Below, piece by piece: positions 41,301-50,211 of a DNA stretch of 64,000 nucleotides (within the stretch, counting starts at the first letter, position 1; each line of letters begins with the position of its first letter). This DNA is from an uncultured delta proteobacterium (GTDB lineage: Bacteria > Desulfobacterota > DSM-4660 > Desulfatiglandales > HGW-15), in NCBI GenBank assembly GCA_963815145.1, contig CAWFFS010000027.1:126769-190768 (forward strand), read 5' to 3'. The position numbers were made by a program, and so were the translations under genes. The notes under the pieces are model-generated. The model did not search any database. It saw only the letters and a list, made by a program, of their open reading frames with translations, and was not told where the DNA came from.

Positions 41301-42621
41301 GCAAGCTGAACTCGCTGCTGAAGCGGTTTCCTATATCCCCTGCGATTGCCTTAAGATAACTGTCTATCATGTTTATTTCCGTGTTCCTGATTAACAGGTT
41401 GACGGAGAGCAGTGATATCAGAGAACACCCCATCAGAAGAGCCGTCGAAAGAACAAAGACTCCGATGGCTTTAACACCCTCCCGTCGCCCGATCAGTCGT
41501 ACGCGCAGAAAGGGCAATACCAGCAGGGCTGCACATAGAACACAAAAAATTATCAGGCCTAATGTTGGAGATATCTCCATTGCCTTGGACAGGAATGTCG
41601 ATTGAGGTATAAACGCACCTACAAGCCAGACATCTTCATCCGTCTCGGCAGTTTCGGCTGTGCATGTTTTATCTCCGTTCCGGCCCGTAGATTCATTAAA
41701 ATGCCAGCGGAACGGATGGAGAAACAGTTTGTATCTGTTGAGCCCTATTTCCACATCCCTGACCGGGAGAAACCCTGTATTGTCCTCCTCGGTCTTTGGC
41801 TCATTTTCTTTACCCGCTACCGGGGTTTCCCTTGGTAATGTAATAAGCTGCAGGCTGGAACCGGTTTCCAGGAGCACGTTCTCTTTTCTCTGCTGTGCAA
41901 GGACAATAGAGCCACTGAAGTTTTCAAATACATCATCCGGAAGAAGCGGAATCACCAGCTTTTCCAGCCCTGCATTTATTTCAAATAATTCCAGATCCGA
42001 TTGACTGTCATCATTGCTTTTTTTCACATGGCTGACCTTTGCTTTAATGACATATCCGTCTTTCCCGAGTATCAATGAGAACCTGACGTTGACCATTTTA
42101 CTGTCATTCAACAATTCTTCGGGAGGATATCCTTTCCATCGAAGCGAACCCGGGTCGAGAGATGGAATCAGGGATAATTGTTTTTGGATGTATTCTTTGC
42201 GTTTCTTTACTTTACGCCCCTCAATACTCATATCTTCTGTTTTTCGCGGACATTCAATCTGTTTCTCAGTGCCTTCAGAAGCATCTCCTGTTTTTTGCGA
42301 TGTGTTCTGTTTTTCACAGACTTCGGAATAATCTTTTGTTTCAACATCACATATTCTTTTTTTAAAACAGTACTCAGTCTCGGGATCGTATTTATTGCTT
42401 ATCAGGCAATTTGCCAGATTTGTGCGGAGGCCATTAATGGAATCCCTGATATTGGATCCCGTAGTGGAAAGCTGGCGAAGAAAATATCTTGAAAACTGTT
42501 CTTTCCGGTTCTCAATATGAAAATAGTATAAAGCCAGGAATGATAGAATTATGACAACAGGCAGGCAATATATTCCGCATAGAAGCGAAAAGGAACGCTT
42601 TCTTGGATAGTCCATAGCCAA
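38311..42621 (-). CDS. Very large multi-pass membrane protein with Cache-like extracytoplasmic domains
   Basis: 1436 aa; several TM clusters; GFALIDQDGTVQFHS and TPWTLVV Cache-like segments. Confidence 0.75.
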   Translation of the reverse strand: MAMDYPRKRSFSLLCGIYCLPVVIILSFLALYYFHIENRKEQFSRYFLRQLSTTGSNIRDSINGLRTNLANCLISNKYDPETEYCFKKRICDVETKDYSEVCEKQNTSQKTGDASEGTEKQIECPRKTEDMSIEGRKVKKRKEYIQKQLSLIPSLDPGSLRWKGYPPEELLNDSKMVNVRFSLILGKDGYVIKAKVSHVKKSNDDSQSDLELFEINAGLEKLVIPLLPDDVFENFSGSIVLAQQRKENVLLETGSSLQLITLPRETPVAGKENEPKTEEDNTGFLPVRDVEIGLNRYKLFLHPFRWHFNESTGRNGDKTCTAETAETDEDVWLVGAFIPQSTFLSKAMEISPTLGLIIFCVLCAALLVLPFLRVRLIGRREGVKAIGVFVLSTALLMGCSLISLLSVNLLIRNTEINMIDSYLKAIAGDIGNRFSSEFSLLENELIRQVLSEKKPEYVREENILSSEGINPGYPFFELLAGMDKLGNQAWKWSIRKTTTPMLKLNQRKYFKYAKDFELGLFEKVKCDRPEDSKDIFMKGRYIESIRSKNTGESFAMLSLRKNLKDETSDGAIVFVIQAMPLCLVDPVMPPGFGFALIDQDGTVQFHSSSKRNLRENFFLEATPRENLEAISKSIIPAYTDLEYRASDIRAYIMPFSGTPWTLVVFSDKSIPYHLGAETITFTAALYGAYLLLLVIICLVLLWLKPEHQPGEAFRMWLWPNVEQIDKYLAFIIFMIGLWIIWGICILYNTPPFILVLMSVIPPILLLLTIVMMLRNSGRKSISKSRHIYPKKLKIIYTTGALGLLLSLAVLPPVGIYLGIYKEEAAVFIKYHQYEIAQSIRKKAQMLKEKYKGVELSDTNREKMKRILFHDPAPPREDGKDFPEMYTKGFDTILARNIPEALPWKLRQRLIAFLSDIPMLHNSDKMAVITRMFSDLGTDPEENKPGEGKETEKDKEAQKDKEVEKNRGIQKKEEPETDWFIEYMEAPKNPKKPDEHRLKKYIVMLEKNFLQSVYLGLPDNGLKGDVQGPMDIQITTVSYEKPHISTIWLTLCVLIVFLILYLLIKAFMKMIFVIDIIPPVSIDGKVLVDDKDIKNQIQIRLQDDEPVEAEGRLIIAPNDIRESVSLKPLLEQCRTSAVKEIILDRFDTDLDEAPVALKKLILLEGLAPLEDKRVIIRTAIDPLFLLTSRSNEQKFNETDKNDLLLTRWAVALQDYSKLRSLSEENGYYRLRNDFMDNELSKIYPYEFMPEKVRQCLADEGWPNRRLKEYAKKLAGQQMLEKYSVEDIVDQFRDLADAHYRKIWLSCSTDEKIILFRLAQQGFVNWRMKNALRSLIKRRIVVMAPNFRLMNESFRQFVLMAENPQSFQKWEEAEGISVWGTIKTPLILMGIALCSFFFITQREAFGQSLRILSAVAAGVPIIFKAFEALTQSRKIPPE

Positions 42622-42885
42622 CCCTCATTAAGACGCCGGCCGCGTATTTATCCACCGGGCAGGTTTATCATTTTGAAAATTTAATAAAGGTTTATTGGCA
42701 AAAACCGGATCAATATTTCGTCTCAAAATGAGCAGTAAGTAATAGTCTGAATGTGTATAAATCCGATTGAACCGGACAGGTGAAAAGATATTAAATGAGA
42801 TAGATTATCATACAGAGATCAATATAATTGTCTATTTTTAAAACTTGGGAGAGTAAAAAGCAAGAGAAAAAAAGCTGATTTTTCA

Positions 42886-43056
42886 GTTGCTGAAGACTGT
42901 TAGTACTTTCGCTTTTCCTTTAGCCTTCAGCCTGTTTTTTAAAACCAGTAAAGGGTAAAAAAAATGAACAGAGTACAGTCAGTAAAAATTGAAGACATTA
43001 TCCTCGTAAAAAGCATCTGTCCGGGAATCAATAGCGCCACCTTACTTTACCTTTAA
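42886..43056 (+). repeat. Degenerate second copy of the leader plus ParB-like N-terminal fragment found at ~4007-4238
   Basis: ctgaagact..ttag...gcttttcctt.ag..tcagcc leader; MNRVQSVKIEDIILVKSICPGIN. Confidence 0.55.
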
Positions 43057-43172
43057 CTGGCCTAAATATACAGCATGGACCCCATATTTTTGAAACAGAC
43101 ATAACACTATCATAATGCAGGGTGATCAAGAAAACACCTGTATCCGGACACTGAAGGGGGCTCAAAAAACAA

Positions 43173-44132
43173 ATGGAAAAAAGGTACTCGAAATGGGGGC
43201 TTGCCCTGGGTGGCGGAGGCGCCCGCGGGATAGCGCATGTAGGAGTTTTAAAGGTTCTTCAGAGAGAGCAACTGATACCCGACGTGATTACAGGTACCAG
43301 CGTTGGTGCTTTGCTGGGGGGAGCTTTCGCCTGTCGACCGGATGCGGATGCCCTGGAGGCACGCCTTTATGAAGTCCTGGATTCTGACAGCGATGAAAAC
43401 AAACCATTGAAACAGATCTCCCGGTTCAACTGGGCGGAAGAGAAGTCAGACTCCAGCTTATTCAACCGCCTGCTTCGCTCCCTGCAGAAGGAGATTTTCG
43501 TGGGAATGGCCTTATTCCGCAATGGTGTGTGGTCAATGGAAGAGTTTCGAAACAGCGTTTCGGCCTTTTTACCGGACGTGGATCTGACAGAAACCTCCAT
43601 CAGGTTCGCTCCGCTGGCAGTGGATCTAGTGACCGGGGAATCCATTTTGCTCCAAAAAGGATCAATCATTGAAGCAGTGATGGCAAGTTGTGCAGTTCCG
43701 GGTTTTATGCCGCCGGTTCCCATTGGAGACGCACTTCTGATGGACGGGGGGCTGGCTGATCTTATCCCGGATCGGGCAGCCAGGTCATGCGGAGTAGATA
43801 AAGTCATCAGTGTGGACGTGGGTATGAAACTCTGTCGTCAGAACAGCATCAAAGATGGAATAGATGCCATCAAAAGGGCAACTGACATCATGGAATATCA
43901 CCTGGGTGACGGCGCCCACAGCCGATCGGATTTAGTTATCCATCCCGCAGACAACCGTTGTTCCTGGACGGATTTTAAGGGGTATAAGGAACTGGTCCAC
44001 CAAGGAGAGACGGCTACAGAAGCATGCATCGATGACATCATGAAGGTTCTCCGGAAAAGACCACGGATATGGCAGTTGCCGGCTGCTATCTGGACCCATG
44101 TAAAATCAGGGGCAACGCACTCAAGCTTTTAA
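43173..44132 (+). CDS. Patatin-like phospholipase
   Basis: GGGGARG, GTSVG, DGG motifs. Confidence 0.92.
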   Translation: MEKRYSKWGLALGGGGARGIAHVGVLKVLQREQLIPDVITGTSVGALLGGAFACRPDADALEARLYEVLDSDSDENKPLKQISRFNWAEEKSDSSLFNRLLRSLQKEIFVGMALFRNGVWSMEEFRNSVSAFLPDVDLTETSIRFAPLAVDLVTGESILLQKGSIIEAVMASCAVPGFMPPVPIGDALLMDGGLADLIPDRAARSCGVDKVISVDVGMKLCRQNSIKDGIDAIKRATDIMEYHLGDGAHSRSDLVIHPADNRCSWTDFKGYKELVHQGETATEACIDDIMKVLRKRPRIWQLPAAIWTHVKSGATHSSF

Positions 44133-44289
44133 GCTCCATCTGATCCTGGATAATGCTTTCATTTGATTTGTTATTATTCCTCATATTTACTCCCTATAAC
44201 CTGATAGTGTCCCCATTTTTTCACGCACATGCCATATATTTCGAATAAAATTGAAAAATCTTTCTCTTGTATTGTATTATCCGATTGCT

Positions 44290-44307
44290 TATATCCAATT
44301 TGATATA
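44290..44307. promoter_or_regulatory. Operator-like palindrome TATATC-N6-GATATA
   Basis: TATATC-caattt-GATATA upstream of the diheme protein gene. Confidence 0.55.
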
Positions 44308-44353
44308 GATATCAATAAAAAATATTAACAGCAGAAAGTATCTATCCACACTG

Positions 44354-45514
44354 ATGAGGAATCTAAAAATGTTTAAAAAAATATCTTTATTGGCAGTAAT
44401 TTTGTTTTTCACCTTAACAGCTACGTTGGCTTATTCAGGATATCATCACATGGGAGAGAAGGATTTATCCCGGTTTTTAAAAGTATACCCTGACAAAAAA
44501 AATACCAAGCTTGACAGCTGTGCACTATGTCATACTGGCGGAAAGTATTTTAAAAAGTCCGGAGTCAGTACTAGCCTTGGCAGCTGCCAGTGGTGTCATT
44601 ATAGATATGGCTATGACATGAGCGGGGACATTACCTCCACTTTGAATCCTTATGGAAAGGATTACCTTTCTCACGGCAGAAATGAAAAAGCCATAACGAA
44701 CATTAATGCAATAGATTCTGATGGAGATACCTTTTCTAATCAGGCGGAAATTGAATCCATAAGGTTCCCCGGTAACAGAGAGGATGATCCGGATAAAAGG
44801 ATCGCTCCTTTTCGCGAGTATACAATGAAACAATTGGAATCTTTACCCCGGCATACCCAGTTTTTACTCATGAACAGTAATAAATCAGGTGATTTTTATG
44901 CAGAATACAAAGGTGTCGCCCTGACTGTTCTGCTTAGAGATGCCGGAATAAGTAAGGATGCAACGGGTATCTATGTGTATTCCCCTGATGGATGGTCTCA
45001 ATATTATCCCCTGGAATATGATCCTGATCCCTCACTGTATCAAGTGTTTGGGACATATCCTTCATCTGTTTATCAATATAATCTTCAAGCTGACAAAACA
45101 CATGGAGGATGGTGCGATTATAGTGCCCCCTCATGTTCAGGACGTGCTGACAATGACAAGATAACTGTTCAGGGAGGCCTAAAATTGATACTGGCATATG
45201 AGCGGGACGGGAAAAAGCTGCAACCGGGCGTATTGAACATCAACAATATACTGGATGGAGAGGGACCATACAGGATCATTGTTCCCCAAAAGAATCCGGG
45301 CCCGCCTGATCAATCCAGCAACGCCTCTAACCAAAATGTTATCTGGCCCTACAACTCCGGTTGGGATCACAATACCGGGGCATCATCCCGATCAGTTGCT
45401 ATTATCAAGGTAGTTCCATTGCCTGAAGGGACTACGGATATTGATCTTCTCGAAGCAGGCTGGTCATCTGTTGAGCAGGGGAAAATTATAATTTACGGAG
45501 CGATAAAAAAATAG
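44354..45514 (+). CDS. Exported diheme c-type cytochrome (GEGP-motif type)
   Basis: Signal peptide, CALCH and CQWCH heme motifs, LDGEGPYR. Confidence 0.8.
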   Translation: MRNLKMFKKISLLAVILFFTLTATLAYSGYHHMGEKDLSRFLKVYPDKKNTKLDSCALCHTGGKYFKKSGVSTSLGSCQWCHYRYGYDMSGDITSTLNPYGKDYLSHGRNEKAITNINAIDSDGDTFSNQAEIESIRFPGNREDDPDKRIAPFREYTMKQLESLPRHTQFLLMNSNKSGDFYAEYKGVALTVLLRDAGISKDATGIYVYSPDGWSQYYPLEYDPDPSLYQVFGTYPSSVYQYNLQADKTHGGWCDYSAPSCSGRADNDKITVQGGLKLILAYERDGKKLQPGVLNINNILDGEGPYRIIVPQKNPGPPDQSSNASNQNVIWPYNSGWDHNTGASSRSVAIIKVVPLPEGTTDIDLLEAGWSSVEQGKIIIYGAIKK

Positions 45515-45704
45515 ATTGAAATACCGGATGATTATATCAATTTTCCGCCAGCCATTAACAAAATAAATAAGCCGGGGCAGATGAATACCTTATTTACCCC
45601 ATAGATTTTTAATGATTTTTACATGTATCATTGTTTCTAAAATCAATTTTATCCCGTAACATTTGGTGTACGGAAAAAGAAAGATAAATATATAAGACAG
45701 AAAT

Positions 45705-46124
45705 ATGGGGTTTCTAATGTTTAAAAAAGAAATTCGAGATTTGATTCTGGCTTTTTGTTTCTTATCATTCGGCGGCCTTATTCTGCATTTGCGTATTCAT
45801 CCGCCATCCGAAAGCATCTTTTTCTGGATTCCGGTCTTATTCGCTGCTGTTAATACATTCATCCTGCCCTTCCTGTTCAACTGGCGCAAAACAGTGGCGT
45901 CTGCATATCTTTTTACCTGGGTTACAATGATTGCGGGCACAGTGGGAATGGCAGTTATATCCATTATCAGATGGGATAATCCTGTAACCGTTTTCAACAT
46001 CATTTTTAAATCCACCTTTCCGGACATTATCATGATGTGGTCCAAGATTTTTATCGCCCACAGGATGTTACACTTTCACTGGCCGGACGGCGTGGTGACG
46101 GGTCGGCAAAATAAAGGTTCCTGA
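45705..46124 (+). CDS. Small membrane protein
   Basis: About 4 hydrophobic segments. Confidence 0.7.
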   Translation: MGFLMFKKEIRDLILAFCFLSFGGLILHLRIHPPSESIFFWIPVLFAAVNTFILPFLFNWRKTVASAYLFTWVTMIAGTVGMAVISIIRWDNPVTVFNIIFKSTFPDIIMMWSKIFIAHRMLHFHWPDGVVTGRQNKGS

Positions 46125-46280
46125 GAATCCAGGAAATTATCTGTCGCCAGACGCAGATGACTTTACAACTACCAACTGTAAAAGGGGTCAAAAAGGGTCT
46201 CTGCGATCGGTGGCAACCCAGTAGTCAACGTTATCAATACGATATGCTACCAGACGAACAGGCTTTTCTACGTGGAAAAA

Positions 46281-47364
46281 GGGACGCTGTTAAGATTTAA
46301 AGTTAAACAATGGTTAGCCCCTTTACCTCTGTAATCTTTTGCCCACGGATTACAGATCCACTTATTGCAGCAACCGATATGCCTATTTCCCGGGACAGCA
46401 TCGTCATGGAAACTCCTAACTCCCTCACTGCCCAATAGCATAACACACTGCGAGCTTCCACTATCCTTCTGAATTTTCCGGGGGACCATATCTCTTTTTC
46501 CTTGACTCCAAATATTTTTGAAACCCTTTTAGTTAAACTGTCCAGATTAACTCCTTCCGCACTGAGCTTATATTTTCTCTCCATGGCTTCTTCTGCTGAT
46601 GACATAACTTGTTCTACAAAATTACTGTCTCCAAGTATTCTCTCGTCATTTTTCTGATAAACCTTTTCCTCCCTTAATGCTTTTACTCCTTCCCAGCCTC
46701 CTGCGCTTCTCAAAAGTCCTCCCCCTGACAAATCCTGTCTCTTTCCTTCAGCTATACCTTTTTTAATAAAGGATCTGTATGAACGTCTAGCTGAACTTAG
46801 ATAGTCTCCAAACATCCCTGTTACTTCCTCTGTATTCTGCCATTCAGCCTTTTTATTACGACCAAGAACTACACTATGACCGCTGTATTTATATCTATCA
46901 AGTTCCTCCAGGCTATCAACGATCTTTGCACGTAAAGGGTTCAGGTGGATATATCTTACAAGTTCAAGAAAGTAACTGTCTCTCTGACATAGTATTGATT
47001 TGAACCGGTTCTGAAAAAGATAGCCACGTCGCCTGTGTTTTTTATTGTAGTAAATGGCGTACCCTGTTAACAGGCGTCTCATAACTGTTGAGATGGGTAC
47101 TGATCCTGTTTGCATGAGAAGATGAAAATGATTGGGTATAAGTGCCCACGCATAGCAGGAGGTATCAGATTCGAAAAGTATTTTACCCAGACGCTCGATA
47201 AAATTATCCCGGTCATCATCATTCCGGAAAATATTGCATCCTTCAATACCTCTTACCATAATATGGTGAAGGGCACCTGCAGTGTCTATCCTTGCTTTTC
47301 TTGGCATAAATACTTTTTAGGCATTTTTTCTCATATTGTCAACTTTAAATCTTAACAGCGTCCC
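46281..47364 (-). mobile_element. Intact RAYT/TnpA(Y1) element with perfect 24-bp terminal inverted repeats
   Basis: gggacgctgttaagatttaaagtt (46281-46304) / aactttaaatcttaacagcgtccc (47341-47364). Confidence 0.9.
46303..47307 (-). CDS. REP-associated tyrosine (HUH Y1) transposase with a C-terminal HTH
   Basis: MPRKARID..GALHHIMVRG, PNHFHLL, LFQNRFKS, YIHLNPLRA. Confidence 0.92.
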   Translation of the reverse strand: MPRKARIDTAGALHHIMVRGIEGCNIFRNDDDRDNFIERLGKILFESDTSCYAWALIPNHFHLLMQTGSVPISTVMRRLLTGYAIYYNKKHRRRGYLFQNRFKSILCQRDSYFLELVRYIHLNPLRAKIVDSLEELDRYKYSGHSVVLGRNKKAEWQNTEEVTGMFGDYLSSARRSYRSFIKKGIAEGKRQDLSGGGLLRSAGGWEGVKALREEKVYQKNDERILGDSNFVEQVMSSAEEAMERKYKLSAEGVNLDSLTKRVSKIFGVKEKEIWSPGKFRRIVEARSVLCYWAVRELGVSMTMLSREIGISVAAISGSVIRGQKITEVKGLTIV

Positions 47365-48107
47365 CTTTTATTGGCTTCCAGAAGGTGGGTTGCATAGGCA
47401 TGCCTGAATACATGGGGATGGACATGCTTTTTAAAATTAAGTTTCTGTAATGTGCTTCTTAATACTCCCTGCACACCGTTGTCACTTACAGTATCTTTTG
47501 CCGTTCCGGCATTCTTTCCATTATTATGCCCTAAAGCAGGAAAAATCCATTTGGGGTTACGGTGGGTCTTATAGTACTCCCTCAAGGCTGTGAGTGTTAT
47601 CTTTGGCAAAGGAACTGTTCTGTCCATCCCTCCTTTTCCTCCTCGGATATGGACAAGTCCCCTGTCCGAAAGTATATCGCCCACCTGAAGGGTGGTTGCC
47701 TCTCTCAAACGCAATCCCATGGAATACAGGGTAAGATAAAATGTATGGCTTTGCTGGGTAGGAAGGGCATATATTATCTTTTTAACTTCCCGAAGGCTTA
47801 GAATAGTAGGGAGCTTTTCTTCACGTTGCCATTTGATATTACTGAATATTTTCCAGTCCTGCACTACAGTTTTAGTAAAAAAATGCTGGATGCCCGAATA
47901 GCTGATTCTGAGAGATGCAGGGCTCCATCCAAAGTCATCCTGGCAGCAAAGCCAGTATTGACGTAAATCCTCTTCAGTGATATCTTCCAGGGGTTTATTA
48001 TAAAATCGTTGTAATCGTATTACTGAACTCGCATAGGAATCTATGCTCCTTTTTGCATAACCTGATAACTGTAAGTCTTCTTTGAATCTTTTGATTAAAT
48101 TGTTCAT
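47365..48107 (-). pseudogene. Tyrosine recombinase (phage-integrase type found in integrase + IS91-like transposase elements), C-terminally truncated
   Basis: SAM-like N-terminus, YSMGLRLRE, GKGG.DR, HVFRHAYATHLLE, then RAYT sequence; the catalytic His/Tyr segment is missing and there is no IntI-specific insertion. Confidence 0.85.
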
Positions 48108-48253
48108 GGTATCTTCCTTTCTTTGTTTAGTTTTATTACCTTGTCGGGTAGAAGATACCGACTCTGCTACAGCCGGTATGGAAGATACCATGTGCAATTT
48201 AATCAAACAAGTGCCTTAACTTAAGCTATAGTAATCTGCCGCGTAGCGGCTTT

Positions 48254-48316
48254 CTTGAACAAAGGTTTCAACGCCGACAAGGCGTTCCGCCTTGCCGGTT
48301 AAACCAAACGTTAGCA
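48254..48316 (+). other. attC site whose R'' is fused to the end of the recombinase element
   Basis: ctgccgcgtagcggctttcttg|AAC ... caaggcg/cgccttg ... R' GTTAGCA. Confidence 0.8.
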
Positions 48317-48335
48317 GCGAAAGGAGAAACTCATA

Positions 48336-48903
48336 ATGGGAAATTTCTATGTTAATATTACTACTCGCGAAGCAAAGACTGAGGACATTTTAAACTACCT
48401 AAAATCAAATGAATTATCTGCATATTTAATAGAAGGACCAGAAGAATATTGTACAATTTATGAAGAGATATGTGATGATCAAGAGACAGGTCATATTTCA
48501 AACCTTCTTAAAGAAATATCCCAAGAATGTAATTGTTCAGCTATCGGGATGTTAAACCATGATGATGATATTCTTGCATATGAATTATGGTCAAATGGAA
48601 AGAAAGTCGATGAATATGACTCATGCCCTGGCTATTTTAGCGGCGATGATGATCGGTTCAATCCTGAGGGTGGGGATGCTAAATTGTTGTCAGACTTAAT
48701 GGGAAATGGAGGGAATGTAGAAGCTATTGAAAAGGTACTAAAAGCAACTGACGACGAAGGGTATGTTTTTGCTGTGGAAAGACATGAGGCATTAGCAAAA
48801 GCCGTCGGCTTACCTGTTCACTCTGTCGGGTATGGTTTTAGGTATATATCTGGTGGAGATATCCCACAAGAAATAAAAGAAGAAAGCATAATCAAATGCT
48901 GCT
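48336..48903 (+). CDS. Acidic hypothetical protein (cassette); its natural TAA stop is split by the intron
   Basis: Removing 48904-49717 restores ...TGC TGC TAA and R'' TGCTAAC. Confidence 0.8.
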
Positions 48904-49717
48904 ATCGGGATAGGAACGCCCATCGCTGAGCGTCCCTCCCACACCACCACAGCATACGGGTCCGTACTGGGCGATTCGGCTGATCCAAAGCATAAATAGG
49001 TTGTGAGTACTCCCTCCTATTTTGCCGGGCTTTCAGAAAATAATGACGCTACAGACATTTCGACCACTGTCGCATTATGCCTGTAAGTACATACTCCTAC
49101 TTACCTCTCTCATTTACCTCCTGCGACTCACAGGATGGCACCGTTCAGGCCTTCATCCTTTAATAATCAAAGGACTACTACGCCCTCTGCTGACTCCCAC
49201 TACGCGATAGTCTCCCCTTGCGGTTTGCTCACTCAGAATGTCCTTATATTGGCGTATCCATTGTTTGTGTTCCTGAACCTATCAGGTCAGGTTCATTGGA
49301 ATCCGGAATACGACTGATTCCAATGCCGGGGATTTTGTTTTACCGGTACTCCCTGTTAATCCGGTTACTTACCAATATACAAGCAATCTGAGACGCAGTG
49401 GACCTCCCGGGGTAAACATATGTCTTTCTGCACACGAGCGCCGAGTATACGTGACTGGCTTAAGGTAGTTAGGGGACTTAGTCCTGTGTTGCGGATTTGT
49501 CCCGCCAGCCCCGCCTCAAACTCGATTTCTGTACGTCGCCCCATGCGTTTGCAATACCCTTTATAAGGGCCACTTTCTTCACGGGAGCCACTGGAGTCCC
49601 GCTTGTGATATTGCTACACCCTTCGCCACTACCTGGCTGGGTCTGGGACTTGTCAAATATATCCATATAATGATATATTCGGCTCACCCTTAAGAACATA
49701 TGCCGTACCCGGCACAC
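48904..49717 (-). mobile_element. ORF-less group IIC-attC intron (814 bp) in the attC bottom strand
   Basis: 5' GTGTG at 49717; IIC-type short DV gaatcgcccagtacggacccgtatgctg; 3' end ctatcccgat; inserted at TGCT|AAC. Confidence 0.88.
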
Positions 49718-49779
49718 AACAATCTAATCAACCGGATTTGGCGAAAGGCTTGCCAAACCGGTTATCAGCCGCGTTAAAG
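49718..49779 (+). other. attC site (remainder after the intron)
   Basis: AAC...aaccggatttggc/gccaaaccggtt...R' GTTAAAG. Confidence 0.88.
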
Positions 49780-49793
49780 AGTGAGGTAATACA

Positions 49794-50066
49794 ATGAAAC
49801 AAAAGAATATCGATACTTGGAAAGGAATAAGATCAATGGGCAAATGGAGATTTGTTTTTGTCTTTTGTTGCGTTTTTTATTGCCTTGTATCTATAGTGTC
49901 TACACTTAGACGCCTCTGGCCAGATGGGGAATTTATAAATTTTGGTGGTTACCTTACCAAAGTTATTATTCTATTTGTAGGTGGTTTTTTAATAGCGTTA
50001 CTTGCTTGGAATAATAATGAAAATAAATTCCGAAAAGCAATGGAAACAGAAACCAAAAATGTTTAA
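49794..50066 (+). CDS. Small 2-TM membrane protein (cassette)
   Basis: W..IR.MGKWRFV..; two hydrophobic helices; the stop lies in R''. Confidence 0.75.
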   Translation: MKQKNIDTWKGIRSMGKWRFVFVFCCVFYCLVSIVSTLRRLWPDGEFINFGGYLTKVIILFVGGFLIALLAWNNNENKFRKAMETETKNV

Positions 50067-50188
50067 CAATGCAATCAAGGTAATTGGCTGTTTTTCTTGC
50101 CCATCGAAACTCTATATGTCAACGGTCTTCATACTTAATCGACTATCGGCACCATTAATCCGCCAGCGGCTTATCGCCGCAGTTAACT
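50061..50188 (+). other. attC site
   Basis: R'' GTTTAAC ... R' GTTAACT; 128 bp. Confidence 0.75.
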
Positions 50189-50211
50189 TTTCATAGAAGA
50201 GGATTTGGAAA

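Noticed and set aside
47352..48206. Tyrosine recombinase as the integron integrase IntI of array 2
   Set aside because: It lacks the IntI-specific insertion, is C-terminally truncated, and abuts an attC rather than an attI; the ORF-track N-terminal extension (48108-48206) is probably non-coding.
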